Below, piece after piece: positions 8,351 through 17,796 of a stretch of 64,000 nucleotides of DNA (the stretch's first letter is position 1; each line of letters opens with the position of its first letter). The notes under the pieces were generated by a model. The model did not search any database and was not told where the DNA came from. It was given only the letters and a program-made list of their open reading frames with translations. Source of the DNA: Candidatus Ornithomonoglobus sp. (GTDB taxonomy: Bacteria > Bacillota > Clostridia > UBA1381); the NCBI GenBank assembly GCA_045649185.1, contig JAZRPM010000008.1, forward strand, positions 7,856 through 71,855. Reading direction: 5' to 3'. The translations under genes were made by a program, and so were the position numbers.

Positions 8351-9334
8351 ATGAAAGCAATACTTGTAAATGATGATAAAAGTTTAAGATGGGACGATGT
8401 TCCGTACCCGGCGATAAAGACTAACGAGGTGATGGTTGAGATTCATGCAGCTGCACTTAATCGTGCTGATTTAATGCAAAGAGAGGGTGACTATCCGCCA
8501 CCACCCGGATGTCCGGAATGGATGGGACTTGAGGTTTCGGGCGTAATTATCGAAATGGGTGATGATGCGAAAGCTAAATCGAATTGGAAAATTGGCGATA
8601 AGGTCTGTGCTTTACTTGGTGGTGGAGGATATGCCGAGTATGTGGCAGTTAAGTACGATATGTTGATGCCTGTTCCTGTGAATTGTTCAATGGTTGAGGC
8701 GGCAGCAATACCCGAGGCTTTTGCAACGGCGTATCTTAATATGTTTATCGAGGGTGGAATAAAGCCGGGAAAAACACTTTTAGTAACGGGCGGAAATTCC
8801 GGGCTTGCAAGCGTTATAATCCCAATGGCAAGAGCGTTCGGGATAAGAACTATAACAACTGTGAGAAACGAAAAAAAGGCAGAGGCAATAAAGCATCTGA
8901 ACGCGGATGTGGTCGTTGATACATCGAAAGAGAACATAGCTGAAGTTTTAAAGAAACAGCTTGAAGATGGACATAGTGTAGATGTTGCGATTGACTGTCT
9001 TGGCGGCGAGATTATGGGTAAATGTATTCACTATCTCACACACGGTGCACGATGGATAATGATTGCGGCACTTGCAGGACAGAAAACGGAAATTGATCTT
9101 AAAAATATTTATGTTCGTAATGTTCGGATAATAGGAAGTACCCTGCGTTCAAGAGCACCCGAGGTTAAAGCAGAGATTCTGGCAGAGCTTGTAGAAAAGG
9201 TGTTCCCGAAGATTGAATCGGGCGAAGTAAAACCGACAATCCACGCAGTTTTGCCGATAACAGAGGCAGAGGCGGCACACGATATGCTCTATAAAGGCGA
9301 GAGTGCAGGAAAGGTAGTATTGAAAGTAAGATAA
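8351..9334 (+). CDS. NAD(P)H:quinone oxidoreductase, zinc-independent MDR (PIG3/Qor) family
   Basis: LNRADLMQREGDYPPPPG and GGNSGLAS (nucleotide fold) are typical of the quinone oxidoreductase subfamily. Strong RBS AAAGGAGA. Confidence 0.85.
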   Translation: MKAILVNDDKSLRWDDVPYPAIKTNEVMVEIHAAALNRADLMQREGDYPPPPGCPEWMGLEVSGVIIEMGDDAKAKSNWKIGDKVCALLGGGGYAEYVAVKYDMLMPVPVNCSMVEAAAIPEAFATAYLNMFIEGGIKPGKTLLVTGGNSGLASVIIPMARAFGIRTITTVRNEKKAEAIKHLNADVVVDTSKENIAEVLKKQLEDGHSVDVAIDCLGGEIMGKCIHYLTHGARWIMIAALAGQKTEIDLKNIYVRNVRIIGSTLRSRAPEVKAEILAELVEKVFPKIESGEVKPTIHAVLPITEAEAAHDMLYKGESAGKVVLKVR

Positions 9335-9377
9335 AAAATATGCGGTTGCAAATCAGTTGCAACCGCATATTTTTTAT
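9334..9377. terminator. bidirectional intrinsic terminator between the qor-like gene and serS
   Basis: ATATGCGGTTGCAA / TTGCAACCGCATAT inverted repeat flanked by an A-run and a T-run. Confidence 0.75.
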
Positions 9378-10645
9378 TACTTCTTTATTATATCTGTACC
9401 CATGTACGGAACAAGTGCTTCGGGGATTGTTACTGTGCCGTCCTCGTTCTGGAAGTTTTCGAGGATTGCCGCAACAGTTCTTCCTACTGCAAGGCCTGAA
9501 CCGTTTAGTGTATGAACAAACTGTGCCTTATCCTTCGGAGTTTCCTTATAGCGGATATTTGCACGACGTGCCTGATAGTCCTCAAAGTTTGAGCAAGATG
9601 AAATCTCAACGTATCTGTTGTATGAGGGCATCCATACCTCAACGTCATATGTCTTTGCTGATGAGAAACCAAGGTCACCTGTTGACAAACATACCACACG
9701 GTACGGAATACCGAGTCCCTGCAAGAGAACCTCTGCATCGTTTGTCAGCTTTTCGAGCTCGTCATAGCTCTCTTCCGGCTTTGCGAACTTAACCATTTCA
9801 ACCTTATTGAACTGATGCTGTCTTATGATACCTCTTGTATCACGGCCGGCACTTCCTGCCTCGGCTCTGAAACAAGCTGAATATGCACAGTACTTAATCG
9901 GGAGCTCGTCGCCTGACAAAATCTCGTCACGGTGAAGGTTTGTAACCGGAACCTCGGCTGTCGGGATAAGGAAGAAACCGTTGTTTTCTACCTTGAACGC
10001 ATCCTCTTCAAACTTCGGGAGCTGGCCTGTGCCTGTCATTGACGCACGGTTAACCATATACGGCGGGAATATTTCTGTATAGCCACGGTCTGTGTGAGTG
10101 TTTAAGAAATACTGTATAACTGCACGCTCAAGTCTTGCACCAAGGCCTTTATAAACAGTAAAACGTGTGCCGGCAATCTTTGTGCCACGCTCAAAATCAA
10201 GAATATCAAGGCCTGTACCGATATCCCAGTGAGCCTTTGGCTCAAATGAAAACTCACGAGGAGTGCCGTTACGTCTTAACTCAACGTTATCAGCATCATC
10301 GTTACCAACCGGGCAAGTGTCGTTGGGGATATTTGGGATACGGAGCATAAAGTCACGAAGCTTTGCATCAAGCTCACGAACCTTCTCGTCGTCCTCTTTG
10401 ATTTCGTTTGAAAGCTCTTTCATCTCGGCGAAAATTGCTGAAGTGTCCTCGCCTGCCTTTTTCATCTGAGGAATCTTCTTTGAGATTTCGTTCTGCTGTG
10501 CTTTCTTCTTCTCAACCTCTGTCAATATTTCACGACGTGCAATATCAAGCTCAATTGCAGGTGTGATGTCAAGGTCGTTGTTTCTTTTCTTGAGCGCCTC
10601 TCTTATACGCTCCGGTTCTGTTCTTAAAATTTTGATGTCTAACAT
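9377..10645 (-). CDS. serS: seryl-tRNA synthetase
   Basis: MLDIKILR N-terminal coiled-coil arm and class II core motifs ([30 protein letters not shown]). Confidence 0.97.
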   Translation of the reverse strand: MLDIKILRTEPERIREALKKRNNDLDITPAIELDIARREILTEVEKKKAQQNEISKKIPQMKKAGEDTSAIFAEMKELSNEIKEDDEKVRELDAKLRDFMLRIPNIPNDTCPVGNDDADNVELRRNGTPREFSFEPKAHWDIGTGLDILDFERGTKIAGTRFTVYKGLGARLERAVIQYFLNTHTDRGYTEIFPPYMVNRASMTGTGQLPKFEEDAFKVENNGFFLIPTAEVPVTNLHRDEILSGDELPIKYCAYSACFRAEAGSAGRDTRGIIRQHQFNKVEMVKFAKPEESYDELEKLTNDAEVLLQGLGIPYRVVCLSTGDLGFSSAKTYDVEVWMPSYNRYVEISSCSNFEDYQARRANIRYKETPKDKAQFVHTLNGSGLAVGRTVAAILENFQNEDGTVTIPEALVPYMGTDIIKK

Positions 10646-10646
10646 T

Positions 10647-11066
10647 TTACTGTTCCTTTCCTTCGTTTATTTTTGTTTTAATTTCTTCATATAAAATATG
10701 TTGATTATCTGTTAGCGTTGTTTCGTCGATTGTAAGAAAAATCGTTTCCGCTTCGGCTACACTGCCGTTTGCAATGTATGCATTGGCAGAAAGCAAATTA
10801 TCATAAACGGCAATCTGTGTCTGTAAAGCTTTGTTCTGTGCATCAAGCTCTGCAGCCATATTTGATACTTTTGCAAGCTCGTCAGGCTGTGACGATGCAG
10901 TTTCGGTAACGGGTGCAGGTGTTGCAAACTCGTCTGCTCTTTTTCCTAATTTATAAATGTTTGTCTGTGAGAAGAACGCTAAAAGTATCAATAACAGTGC
11001 AACTACAAATATGAGCGCCGTGTAGAGATACATTGAACGGTTTTCTTTTTTCGAATTATTATCCAT
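10647..11066 (-). CDS. hypothetical membrane-anchored protein
   Basis: Single TM ([19 protein letters not shown]) followed by an Ala/Gln-rich helical region. Its stop is 1 nt from the serS ATG. I recognise no family. The start could be GTG 11081, ATG 11066 or ATG 11033. Confidence 0.5.
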   Translation of the reverse strand: MDNNSKKENRSMYLYTALIFVVALLLILLAFFSQTNIYKLGKRADEFATPAPVTETASSQPDELAKVSNMAAELDAQNKALQTQIAVYDNLLSANAYIANGSVAEAETIFLTIDETTLTDNQHILYEEIKTKINEGKEQ

Positions 11067-11562
11067 CAATTCCACCGCCACTGTTCATATTTCCCGTCAT
11101 GGCTTTTGTTACTGCCTGCTGTTCCTCTTCAAGGAGCGGGATGGAGCACTTACCGTCTTTAATTTCTCGCACATATGTGTTCGATGAATTAGTTCCGTAA
11201 AGTGATGTTATAACAAATCCGGTATTATACTGGTCAAGGATTGCAAGAGCGAAGCTCTGTTTTCCGAACACATCGTCAAACGCGTCAAAGTTAACAATAC
11301 CTGTTTTTGAAAGGCTTAAATTGAACTTTCTGTCACACGCAGTTATGCGGTCAGAAAGCATTCCTTCCTGGCTGAGCTTCAGCTTTTTCTGCAGTTCACG
11401 GATGTTGTTATAATATTTGTCGAGGTTGGTTACAAGGTCACCATCCTCGGAATAGTCCATAATAGCGTTTATTTTTGATACGTTAAGTACGCCGATTATA
11501 AGAGAGGCGATAACAAACACTGCAAGAACCGCTATTACGGCAATAAGTATTGTTTCGTTCAT
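11059..11562 (-). CDS. DUF4446 family protein
   Basis: N-terminal TM, a coiled segment, then GIVNFDAFDDVFGKQSFALAILD..GFVITSLYG, the pattern I associate with DUF4446. This family commonly follows parB in Clostridia. Confidence 0.7.
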   Translation of the reverse strand: MNETILIAVIAVLAVFVIASLIIGVLNVSKINAIMDYSEDGDLVTNLDKYYNNIRELQKKLKLSQEGMLSDRITACDRKFNLSLSKTGIVNFDAFDDVFGKQSFALAILDQYNTGFVITSLYGTNSSNTYVREIKDGKCSIPLLEEEQQAVTKAMTGNMNSGGGIDG

Positions 11563-11563
11563 T

Positions 11564-12418
11564 TTATGCCTCCTCTATTATGGAAATAATACGGTCAAGG
11601 TCTCGGTTGCCGTAATATTCTATTTCTATTTTACCTTTTTTGTTGTCGTGATAAAGTGTTACCTTTGTGCCGAGTCTGGTTGAGAGCCTGTCCTCAAGGA
11701 TAGCAAGCTGTGCTTGTACCTGTTCGTCAATAACGGGCTTTTTCTTTTTCGGTTTTGATTTTTGCAACTGTTTTGCAAGTGCTTCGGTCTGACGCACGTT
11801 AAGTCCTTTTTCGATTATGCTTTCAAGTAATGCAAGCCGTACTTTCGGTGACTCAACTGATAGAAGTGCACGAGCGTGTCCGCTTGAGATTTCGCCGGAT
11901 ATGAGTTTCTGACGAATCGGCTCATCAAGTGACAGAAGTCTTACAGCGTTTGCAATAGCACTTCGTGACTTGCCGATTTTATCGCTCACGTCCTCCTGCG
12001 TCATACTGAACTTATTCATCAGGGTCTGATAACCCAAAGCCTCTTCAATGGGGTTAAGATTTTCTCTTTGCAGGTTTTCGATGAGTGCAATCTGTGCAAT
12101 CTCAAATTCGGAATAATTCCTGATAACTGCCGGAATCTCCTTTAAACCGGCTTTTTTTGCTGCACGCCAACGGCGTTCTCCGGCTACAATTTTATATCTG
12201 TCATCGTTTCTGACAACGATAATCGGCTGAATTACGCCGTGCTCTTTTATGGATTCGGCAAGCTCTTCTATTTTATCGTTATCAAAGCTGTGACGAGGCT
12301 GGTTTTTATTCGGCTCAACCAGCGTGATACGCAGAGTTTCGACGGTATCGGTGTTTTCTGCAATCACCGGCTCATCAAAAAGCGAACCGAGCCCGCGTCC
12401 TAATTTTGCTTTTGCCAT
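11564..12418 (-). CDS. parB: chromosome partitioning protein ParB/Spo0J
   Basis: KLGRGLGSLF, IQPIIVV, IVAGERRWRAAK and the HTH region (TQEDVSDKIGKSRSAIANAVRLL). ATG 12418 is better spaced from GAAAGGAA than ATG 12424. Confidence 0.95.
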   Translation of the reverse strand: MAKAKLGRGLGSLFDEPVIAENTDTVETLRITLVEPNKNQPRHSFDNDKIEELAESIKEHGVIQPIIVVRNDDRYKIVAGERRWRAAKKAGLKEIPAVIRNYSEFEIAQIALIENLQRENLNPIEEALGYQTLMNKFSMTQEDVSDKIGKSRSAIANAVRLLSLDEPIRQKLISGEISSGHARALLSVESPKVRLALLESIIEKGLNVRQTEALAKQLQKSKPKKKKPVIDEQVQAQLAILEDRLSTRLGTKVTLYHDNKKGKIEIEYYGNRDLDRIISIIEEA

Positions 12419-12446
12419 AGACATTTCCTTTCTGTTTTATGTAAAC

Positions 12447-13211
12447 TTATTCGTTGTTTCTGATAACCTCTTTTGCTAGTCCTACATACGCATCTGCGCC
12501 CTTTGAGGTGCGGTCATATTTGATTATCGGCTCGCCAAAGCTCGGTGCTTCGGAAAGCTTGACGTTTCTCGGAATGATTGACTTATATACAAGGTCGGGG
12601 AAATATTTCTTAACCTCGTCAAGCACCTGTATCGACAGGTTTGTTCTTCCGTCATACATTGTTCCGAGAACTCCCTCGATTTCAATGTTCTTATTATAAG
12701 ACTTCTTTATTTTACGCACAGTGCCAATAAGCTGTGACAAACCTTCTAGTGCGTAGTACTCACACTGAATCGGGATAAGCACGCTGTCACACGCCGTCAT
12801 AACGTTAATTGTTATCATGCCGAGTGCAGGAGGTGCATCAATAATTATATAATCAAATTCTTTCTTTAACTTATCAGTTACACGCTTCAAAAACGTTTCA
12901 CGGTTGTCCTCAAAAGCAAGCTCGATTTCTGCTGCAGACAAGTCAGACGATGATGGCAAAACATAGAGATTGGAATACTTTGTTTTAATCACTGCATCAT
13001 CTGTCTTTTTCGGGTCTATAAGACAGTCATAAACCGAAAGGGAATAATCCCCACGGTCATATCCGAGTCCGCTTGTTGCATTGCTCTGCGGATCGCAGTC
13101 AATAAGAAGCGTTTTTTTGCCCTCGTATGCAAGGCATGCAGAAAGGTTTACGGAAGTGGTTGTTTTTCCGACACCGCCCTTTTGGTTGGTAACGGCTATA
13201 ACTTTTCCCAT
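12447..13211 (-). CDS. parA: chromosome partitioning ATPase ParA/Soj
   Basis: Deviant Walker A NQKGGVGKTTT, IIIDAPPALG, and ParA family length and order upstream of parB. Confidence 0.95.
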   Translation of the reverse strand: MGKVIAVTNQKGGVGKTTTSVNLSACLAYEGKKTLLIDCDPQSNATSGLGYDRGDYSLSVYDCLIDPKKTDDAVIKTKYSNLYVLPSSSDLSAAEIELAFEDNRETFLKRVTDKLKKEFDYIIIDAPPALGMITINVMTACDSVLIPIQCEYYALEGLSQLIGTVRKIKKSYNKNIEIEGVLGTMYDGRTNLSIQVLDEVKKYFPDLVYKSIIPRNVKLSEAPSFGEPIIKYDRTSKGADAYVGLAKEVIRNNE

Positions 13212-13272
13212 ATATAAATGCTCCTTTCAAATACTCTACATACTATTATATCACAAATTTTCGATTTGTAAA

Positions 13273-13288
13273 TGTTTCACGTGAAACA
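13273..13288. other. parS centromere-like site (perfect consensus)
   Basis: TGTTTCACGTGAAACA, a perfect 16-bp palindrome matching the Firmicute parS consensus, 62 bp upstream of the soj start. Confidence 0.9.
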
Positions 13289-13330
13289 TTTTGAAAAAAA
13301 TTAAAAAATTTTCAATCATAAATAAATATT

Positions 13331-13381
13331 ATGACAAAAACACTTCAAATATGTATAATTTTTCGCTGAAAAACCATAATA
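13331..13381 (+). promoter_or_regulatory. promoter region of the ger operon (overlapping sigmaA-like and forespore sigmaG/F-like hexamers)
   Basis: ATGACA (13331-36), 17 nt, TGTATAAT (extended -10, 13352-59). Also GTATA (13353-57), 17 nt, CATAATA (13375-81), resembling the sigmaG-type GnATA..CATnnTA. Confidence 0.4.
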
Positions 13382-13403
13382 TCACATACAGGCAGGTGAA
13401 AAT

Positions 13404-15017
13404 ATGGATATTTTAAAGAAATTATTTGTTTTCACGCCGTCAGCTAAACCCGAAAAGTTTGAGCTTTCGGACGAGGAGAAAACAGATTTTGACGTGCGTG
13501 ATGAAAAAGAGATAAAAAAATCGTACGTTTCCGATAATATAGAAGAAAATCTTGCGTATATACGAAAAAACTACAGTGTTCCGCTTAACAATGATGTGGT
13601 GATACGTGAGATTATAACAAGGAACAACAAGCGTGCATTCGTGGTTTTCTTCGAAGGAATGGTCAGCAGTCAGTTTGTTGATGAGTATATAATAAAGGCA
13701 ATAATCGAGCTGGCATACGAAAACGAAGGGGAGTTTGACGAAAAACTGTATATGCGGTTTACCGCACACGCACAGGCAAAGGTCAAATCTGATATGGATG
13801 ATGTCAAGGACGAGGTCAACTTCGGATCGTGTGCATTGTTCGTTGACGGTGTTAACAAGTGTTTTATATATGATGTTAAGAACTGGGAGCACAGAGGAAT
13901 TGATAAACCCGAGAACGAACAGTCGATATACGGTCCGCAGGAGGCGTTTGGTGAGATGCTCCGTACAAATACGGCTTTGGTGCGAAAAATCCTCAAGACC
14001 GAAAAGCTTGTAGCATATGGAATACAGGTCGGTTCAGTATCAAAAACCCCCGGTGTGCTCCTATATATAGACGGACTAACCAATGAAAAGCTTGTTGGTG
14101 AGGCAAAACGGCGTATTTCTGCGATAGATAAGGAGTATATTTTAAGCATTGAGCAGGTACAACTGCTTGTTGAGGACAGCCGCTTTATGATAACACCGCA
14201 GACATTGGCAACAGAAAGACCTGACCGTGTTGCAAAAGCACTTACCGAAGGCAGATGTGTATATATTTTAAACGGCTCACCTCGTGCACTCATTATGCCG
14301 TCAAATGCATTTGAGCTTACGCATACGGCAGCGGACGAGTATCTGCACGTGCCGTTTGCTCTTATGTCAAGACTGATAAGGCTTTTCGGTATGTTTGTGT
14401 CGGTGCTTCTGCCGGCGTTATATCTTGCAATAACGCTGTATCATCAGGAGATTATACCGACATATCTTCTGTATTCTATATCTGCATCACGTGAAAATGT
14501 GCCGTTCCCAAGCCTTTTAGAGCTTTTGCTGATGGATATTTCATTTGAACTTATACGTGAGGCAGGAATACGGATGCCATCATCAATCGGCTCAACACTG
14601 GGAATTGTCGGCGGTCTGATACTCGGTCAGGCGGCAGTAAGTGCGAAGATAGTTAGCCCGATTATGATAATTATAATAGCAATAACGGGTATCGGCTCGT
14701 TTGCAACAGCAGACTATACACTTGGGTGGACGTACAGAATATTACGGCTGGGATTTATAATACTTGCCTCAACGTTCGGATTCTTCGGAATTGCCGTGGG
14801 AATAGTGATGTACAGTCTCTATCTTGGCTCTGCTACAAGCTTTGGCATACCGTTTTTGTCACCGTCACTTGCAATGAAACCAAGGGCAATGAGCTTGGCG
14901 GTTATGGTAAATGGCATTGCCAAGCGTGAAAAACGCCCGGGCTTCTTAAAACCGCAAAACCCTGATGCTGAGCCAAATATCAGCAGAAAGTGGGATAACA
15001 GAAATAAATTTAAATAA
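13404..15017 (+). CDS. spore germination protein, GerA family A subunit
   Basis: 537 aa. Has the conserved GerA core (RKILKT, GVLLYIDGL, PQTLATERPD, LLELLLMDISFELIREAG, GLILGQAAV) with C-terminal TM segments. Confidence 0.9.
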   Translation: MDILKKLFVFTPSAKPEKFELSDEEKTDFDVRDEKEIKKSYVSDNIEENLAYIRKNYSVPLNNDVVIREIITRNNKRAFVVFFEGMVSSQFVDEYIIKAIIELAYENEGEFDEKLYMRFTAHAQAKVKSDMDDVKDEVNFGSCALFVDGVNKCFIYDVKNWEHRGIDKPENEQSIYGPQEAFGEMLRTNTALVRKILKTEKLVAYGIQVGSVSKTPGVLLYIDGLTNEKLVGEAKRRISAIDKEYILSIEQVQLLVEDSRFMITPQTLATERPDRVAKALTEGRCVYILNGSPRALIMPSNAFELTHTAADEYLHVPFALMSRLIRLFGMFVSVLLPALYLAITLYHQEIIPTYLLYSISASRENVPFPSLLELLLMDISFELIREAGIRMPSSIGSTLGIVGGLILGQAAVSAKIVSPIMIIIIAITGIGSFATADYTLGWTYRILRLGFIILASTFGFFGIAVGIVMYSLYLGSATSFGIPFLSPSLAMKPRAMSLAVMVNGIAKREKRPGFLKPQNPDAEPNISRKWDNRNKFK

Positions 15018-15128
15018 CTGTTATGCCATTAACGGCATATATTCTCCTCAAAAGCTACTGCGTGTTGAAATGCTTTTTCGGAGAACATGTTCCGTAATGG
15101 CAAGACATCGGGAAAGGGAAGACGAAAG

Positions 15129-16205
15129 ATGCTTACAAACAAACAACTTTCTTCAATAATAATAAACGCAATAGTCGTCAAGATGCTCGTTACGTTTCCG
15201 AGAAATATATTTGTTTACTGCGCAAATGCGTCATGGCTTACGGCAATATATACCACTGCGATTGCTTTTGGGTTGTTTTTAGTGATACAGAAAATGTATC
15301 CGGCAAAAGTCAATGTTATTGCGCTGTCTGACCGTGTGGGAGGAAGAGGGTTGCGGATAATCACCGGAACAGCAGTTTTTCTGGTACTTGCGCTTAACTT
15401 TGTGAGCATTGTCCGTGTTTTTCCTGCGGTAATCAGGCTTGTATTGTTGCAAAAAACATACGTAGAAATAATCGGTACGGTATTTGTTCTGGTCGTGGTA
15501 TTTGGTGCATCGTGCGGAATCGAGGCAATTGCACGTGTACAACAGCTTTTTCTGCCTGTTGCGGGCGTGGTGTTTGGTGCATTTCTGATAATGCTTGTTC
15601 CGGATATAAAAATTGGATATATAATGCCCATTTTCGGAAACGGTGTAAAAAGCATTTTAGTTGACGGTTTATCAACGCTGTCCGTTTTTACGGATTTGCT
15701 TGTTTTAAACATTCTTCTGCCGAAAATAAAAGACAGCGACACCTACAGAAAATCGGGCAGGAAAGCCATTTTTATTGGAGGGGCGTGTTCAGTTCTGATA
15801 TTTTTCTTCTACGGTGCGTGTTATTCATATCCGGCATCGACGGAGTTCATAGTTCCCGTTTATCAGCTTGAACGCCTTATAAACCTGAGCGACTTTTTTT
15901 CAAGGCTTGAGGCTCTGTTTCAGTTTATATGGTCGATTTCGATTTTTCTCTACAGTGCGTTATATGGGGCAGTGCTTGCAGAGGTGTGGCGTGATACATT
16001 CGGGCTGCATCATTCAAAACCGCTTATTGCTCCTATAATAATAGGACTTGTGGGCGTTGCAGTTATACCCGAATCGCTTAACGATATGATTCATTTCGAG
16101 GGGATAATAAACAAATGGCTATATATACCGGCATTTGCTATACCGTTATTGGTGGGCACAGTTTATAAATTGTTTCACGTGAAACATTTTGGGGGGGAAT
16201 CATGA
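15129..16205 (+). CDS. spore germination protein, GerAB-type permease subunit
   Basis: Polytopic (about 10 TM) protein starting MLTNKQLSSIII, placed between the A and C subunits. ATG 15129 follows GGGAAG; the ORF opens at 15087. Confidence 0.85.
   Translation: MLTNKQLSSIIINAIVVKMLVTFPRNIFVYCANASWLTAIYTTAIAFGLFLVIQKMYPAKVNVIALSDRVGGRGLRIITGTAVFLVLALNFVSIVRVFPAVIRLVLLQKTYVEIIGTVFVLVVVFGASCGIEAIARVQQLFLPVAGVVFGAFLIMLVPDIKIGYIMPIFGNGVKSILVDGLSTLSVFTDLLVLNILLPKIKDSDTYRKSGRKAIFIGGACSVLIFFFYGACYSYPASTEFIVPVYQLERLINLSDFFSRLEALFQFIWSISIFLYSALYGAVLAEVWRDTFGLHHSKPLIAPIIIGLVGVAVIPESLNDMIHFEGIINKWLYIPAFAIPLLVGTVYKLFHVKHFGGES
16171..16186. other. second perfect parS site, inside the 3' end of the gerAB-type gene
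   Basis: TGTTTCACGTGAAACA, read in frame as (K)LFHVKHF near the C-terminus of the permease. Confidence 0.9.
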
Positions 16206-17476
16206 AACAAACACTTAAACTTATGGCAATTACTGCAGTTTCTCTGATGCTGTCCTCGTGTGTGGGTGAAGAACCGAATGATATCGGATATATCACAGCA
16301 CTCGGCATTGACAAGGCAGAGACAGGATATAATTACACAATACAGTTTGCCAATCCTACAAAAATAAGCGGTGGAGCATCCGAAAGCGGAGGGACGGGCG
16401 GTGACATCGTGGAAAATCTCGTGGTTGAAGCACCGACGGTATATTCTGCAATAAGCCACGCAGACTCGATCGTTTCAAAGGACTTGTCGCTTTCGCACGC
16501 AAAAATAATTGTTATTTCTGAAGAAATAGCAAAAGAGGGGCTTTCGGAAATAACTGATGTTGTAGCAAGAAACAACGATATCCGTCCCGATATCTATATA
16601 GCTATAGCAGAGGATGCAGGGGAATATCTTGAAGGCGTAAAGCCTGTGGTTGAGCTCAATCCCGTAAAATACTATCAGCTGACATACGAAAATAAAAAAG
16701 GCGGTCCTGTACCGCAGAATAATGCAGGCGAATTTTATATGGCATACACATCAGGTGACCGTGACTGTGCATTACCGCTTGCAGGTGTGGCAGGCGGTAA
16801 AAAGGAAAAAAGCGATACTGATGCAGGATCAGGTGAAGAGGGGAGTCAGGATCAAAGCCCGTCAAAAAACGATAAAAACAAGGATGCAAAGCCTGTCGAG
16901 GGCGGATTCGGGAGCGGAACAAAGAATTATATGCCGGGCGAGGCAGGAGTAGAGGTAAAAAACAAGAGTGAAACAATGGGTATAGCTGTTTTTAAGGGTG
17001 ACACGTATATCGACAAACTCGGAAGCAGTGATGCAGATATTTATAATATCCTGATGGGCGAAATATCCAACAGCAAAGCCACTTTTTATGATGAATACAA
17101 TCCCGAAACGCCTATGACAATGAGCCTTGAAGAAAAACGCTCACCGCAGTTTGAGATAGATAGAGTGAATAAAAAGGTATCGATAAAACTGATGCTTGAA
17201 GCAGAGCTTTTATCGATACCCGAAAAGCATAAGAACAGTCCTGCAATTGACATCCGAGCAGGGAAAATGGTGGACGATGCGACCGAGAAATTTTTAAAGC
17301 GTGTGTATACCGAATTAGGTTCGGATTTGCTCGGAATAAGAGGGAAGTTTAAGCGGTTCTTTGTGTCGAACCAAAAGTACAGAGAGTATGTAAAAACATT
17401 TGAGCCGAAAGAATGGGAATTTGATGTAACAACAGAGCTTAATATAAAGCGCACGGGTATGACATATTATTATTGA
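16202..17476 (+). CDS. Ger(x)C family spore germination lipoprotein
   Basis: Lipobox LMLSSC, a 4-nt overlap with the upstream permease gene, GerAC-like length, and an internal low-complexity acidic/Gly insert. Confidence 0.85.
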   Translation: MKQTLKLMAITAVSLMLSSCVGEEPNDIGYITALGIDKAETGYNYTIQFANPTKISGGASESGGTGGDIVENLVVEAPTVYSAISHADSIVSKDLSLSHAKIIVISEEIAKEGLSEITDVVARNNDIRPDIYIAIAEDAGEYLEGVKPVVELNPVKYYQLTYENKKGGPVPQNNAGEFYMAYTSGDRDCALPLAGVAGGKKEKSDTDAGSGEEGSQDQSPSKNDKNKDAKPVEGGFGSGTKNYMPGEAGVEVKNKSETMGIAVFKGDTYIDKLGSSDADIYNILMGEISNSKATFYDEYNPETPMTMSLEEKRSPQFEIDRVNKKVSIKLMLEAELLSIPEKHKNSPAIDIRAGKMVDDATEKFLKRVYTELGSDLLGIRGKFKRFFVSNQKYREYVKTFEPKEWEFDVTTELNIKRTGMTYYY

Positions 17477-17579
17477 TAACACGTTTGCCAAGAGAAATCT
17501 GCTCAGAATGCTAAACTGTAGGGAAATGCATTCTTCGCAGCCCTCTCTTGACAAGGTTAAACTTGTGAAAGGAAAAGCT

Positions 17580-17756
17580 ATGCTTATAAATATAGTCTTT
17601 TTTATCGCCGTAGTTGTTTCCGTTATACGAACGGTGTCATACGGAATATATACTATCAAAAACAACGGTATCATCGGTGGAATAAGCGTATTTGTGCTTG
17701 CACTGACAAACTTGTTTACCGTAACCGTGATATTATGTAAACAAATACTGCAATAA
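17580..17756 (+). CDS. small (58 aa) two-TM membrane protein, unknown function
   Basis: MLINIVFFIAVVVSVIRTVSYGIYTIKNNGIIGGISVFVLALTNLFTVTVILCK. RBS GAAAGGAAAAG lies before ATG 17580 and a terminator hairpin follows. Confidence 0.4.
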   Translation: MLINIVFFIAVVVSVIRTVSYGIYTIKNNGIIGGISVFVLALTNLFTVTVILCKQILQ

Positions 17757-17760
17757 GAAA

Positions 17761-17787
17761 AGGGGTTCGCATTTGCGAATCCCTTGT
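17761..17787. terminator. hairpin shared by the small ORF (+) and rnpB (-)
   Basis: GGGGTTCGC-ATTT-GCGAATCCC (one G-U pair) followed by TTGTTTGTT. Confidence 0.5.
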
Positions 17788-17796
17788 TTGTTATAA

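Noticed and set aside
9340-9792. 150-aa plus-strand ORF starting inside the qor/serS terminator.
   Set aside because: It is antisense to serS, begins within the terminator hairpin, and has no RBS.
14485-14500. Partial parS-like sequence TCACGTGAAAA inside gerAA, and a similar ACACGTGAAAT near 55483.
   Set aside because: Only one half-site matches the 16-bp palindrome, which is too degenerate to call.
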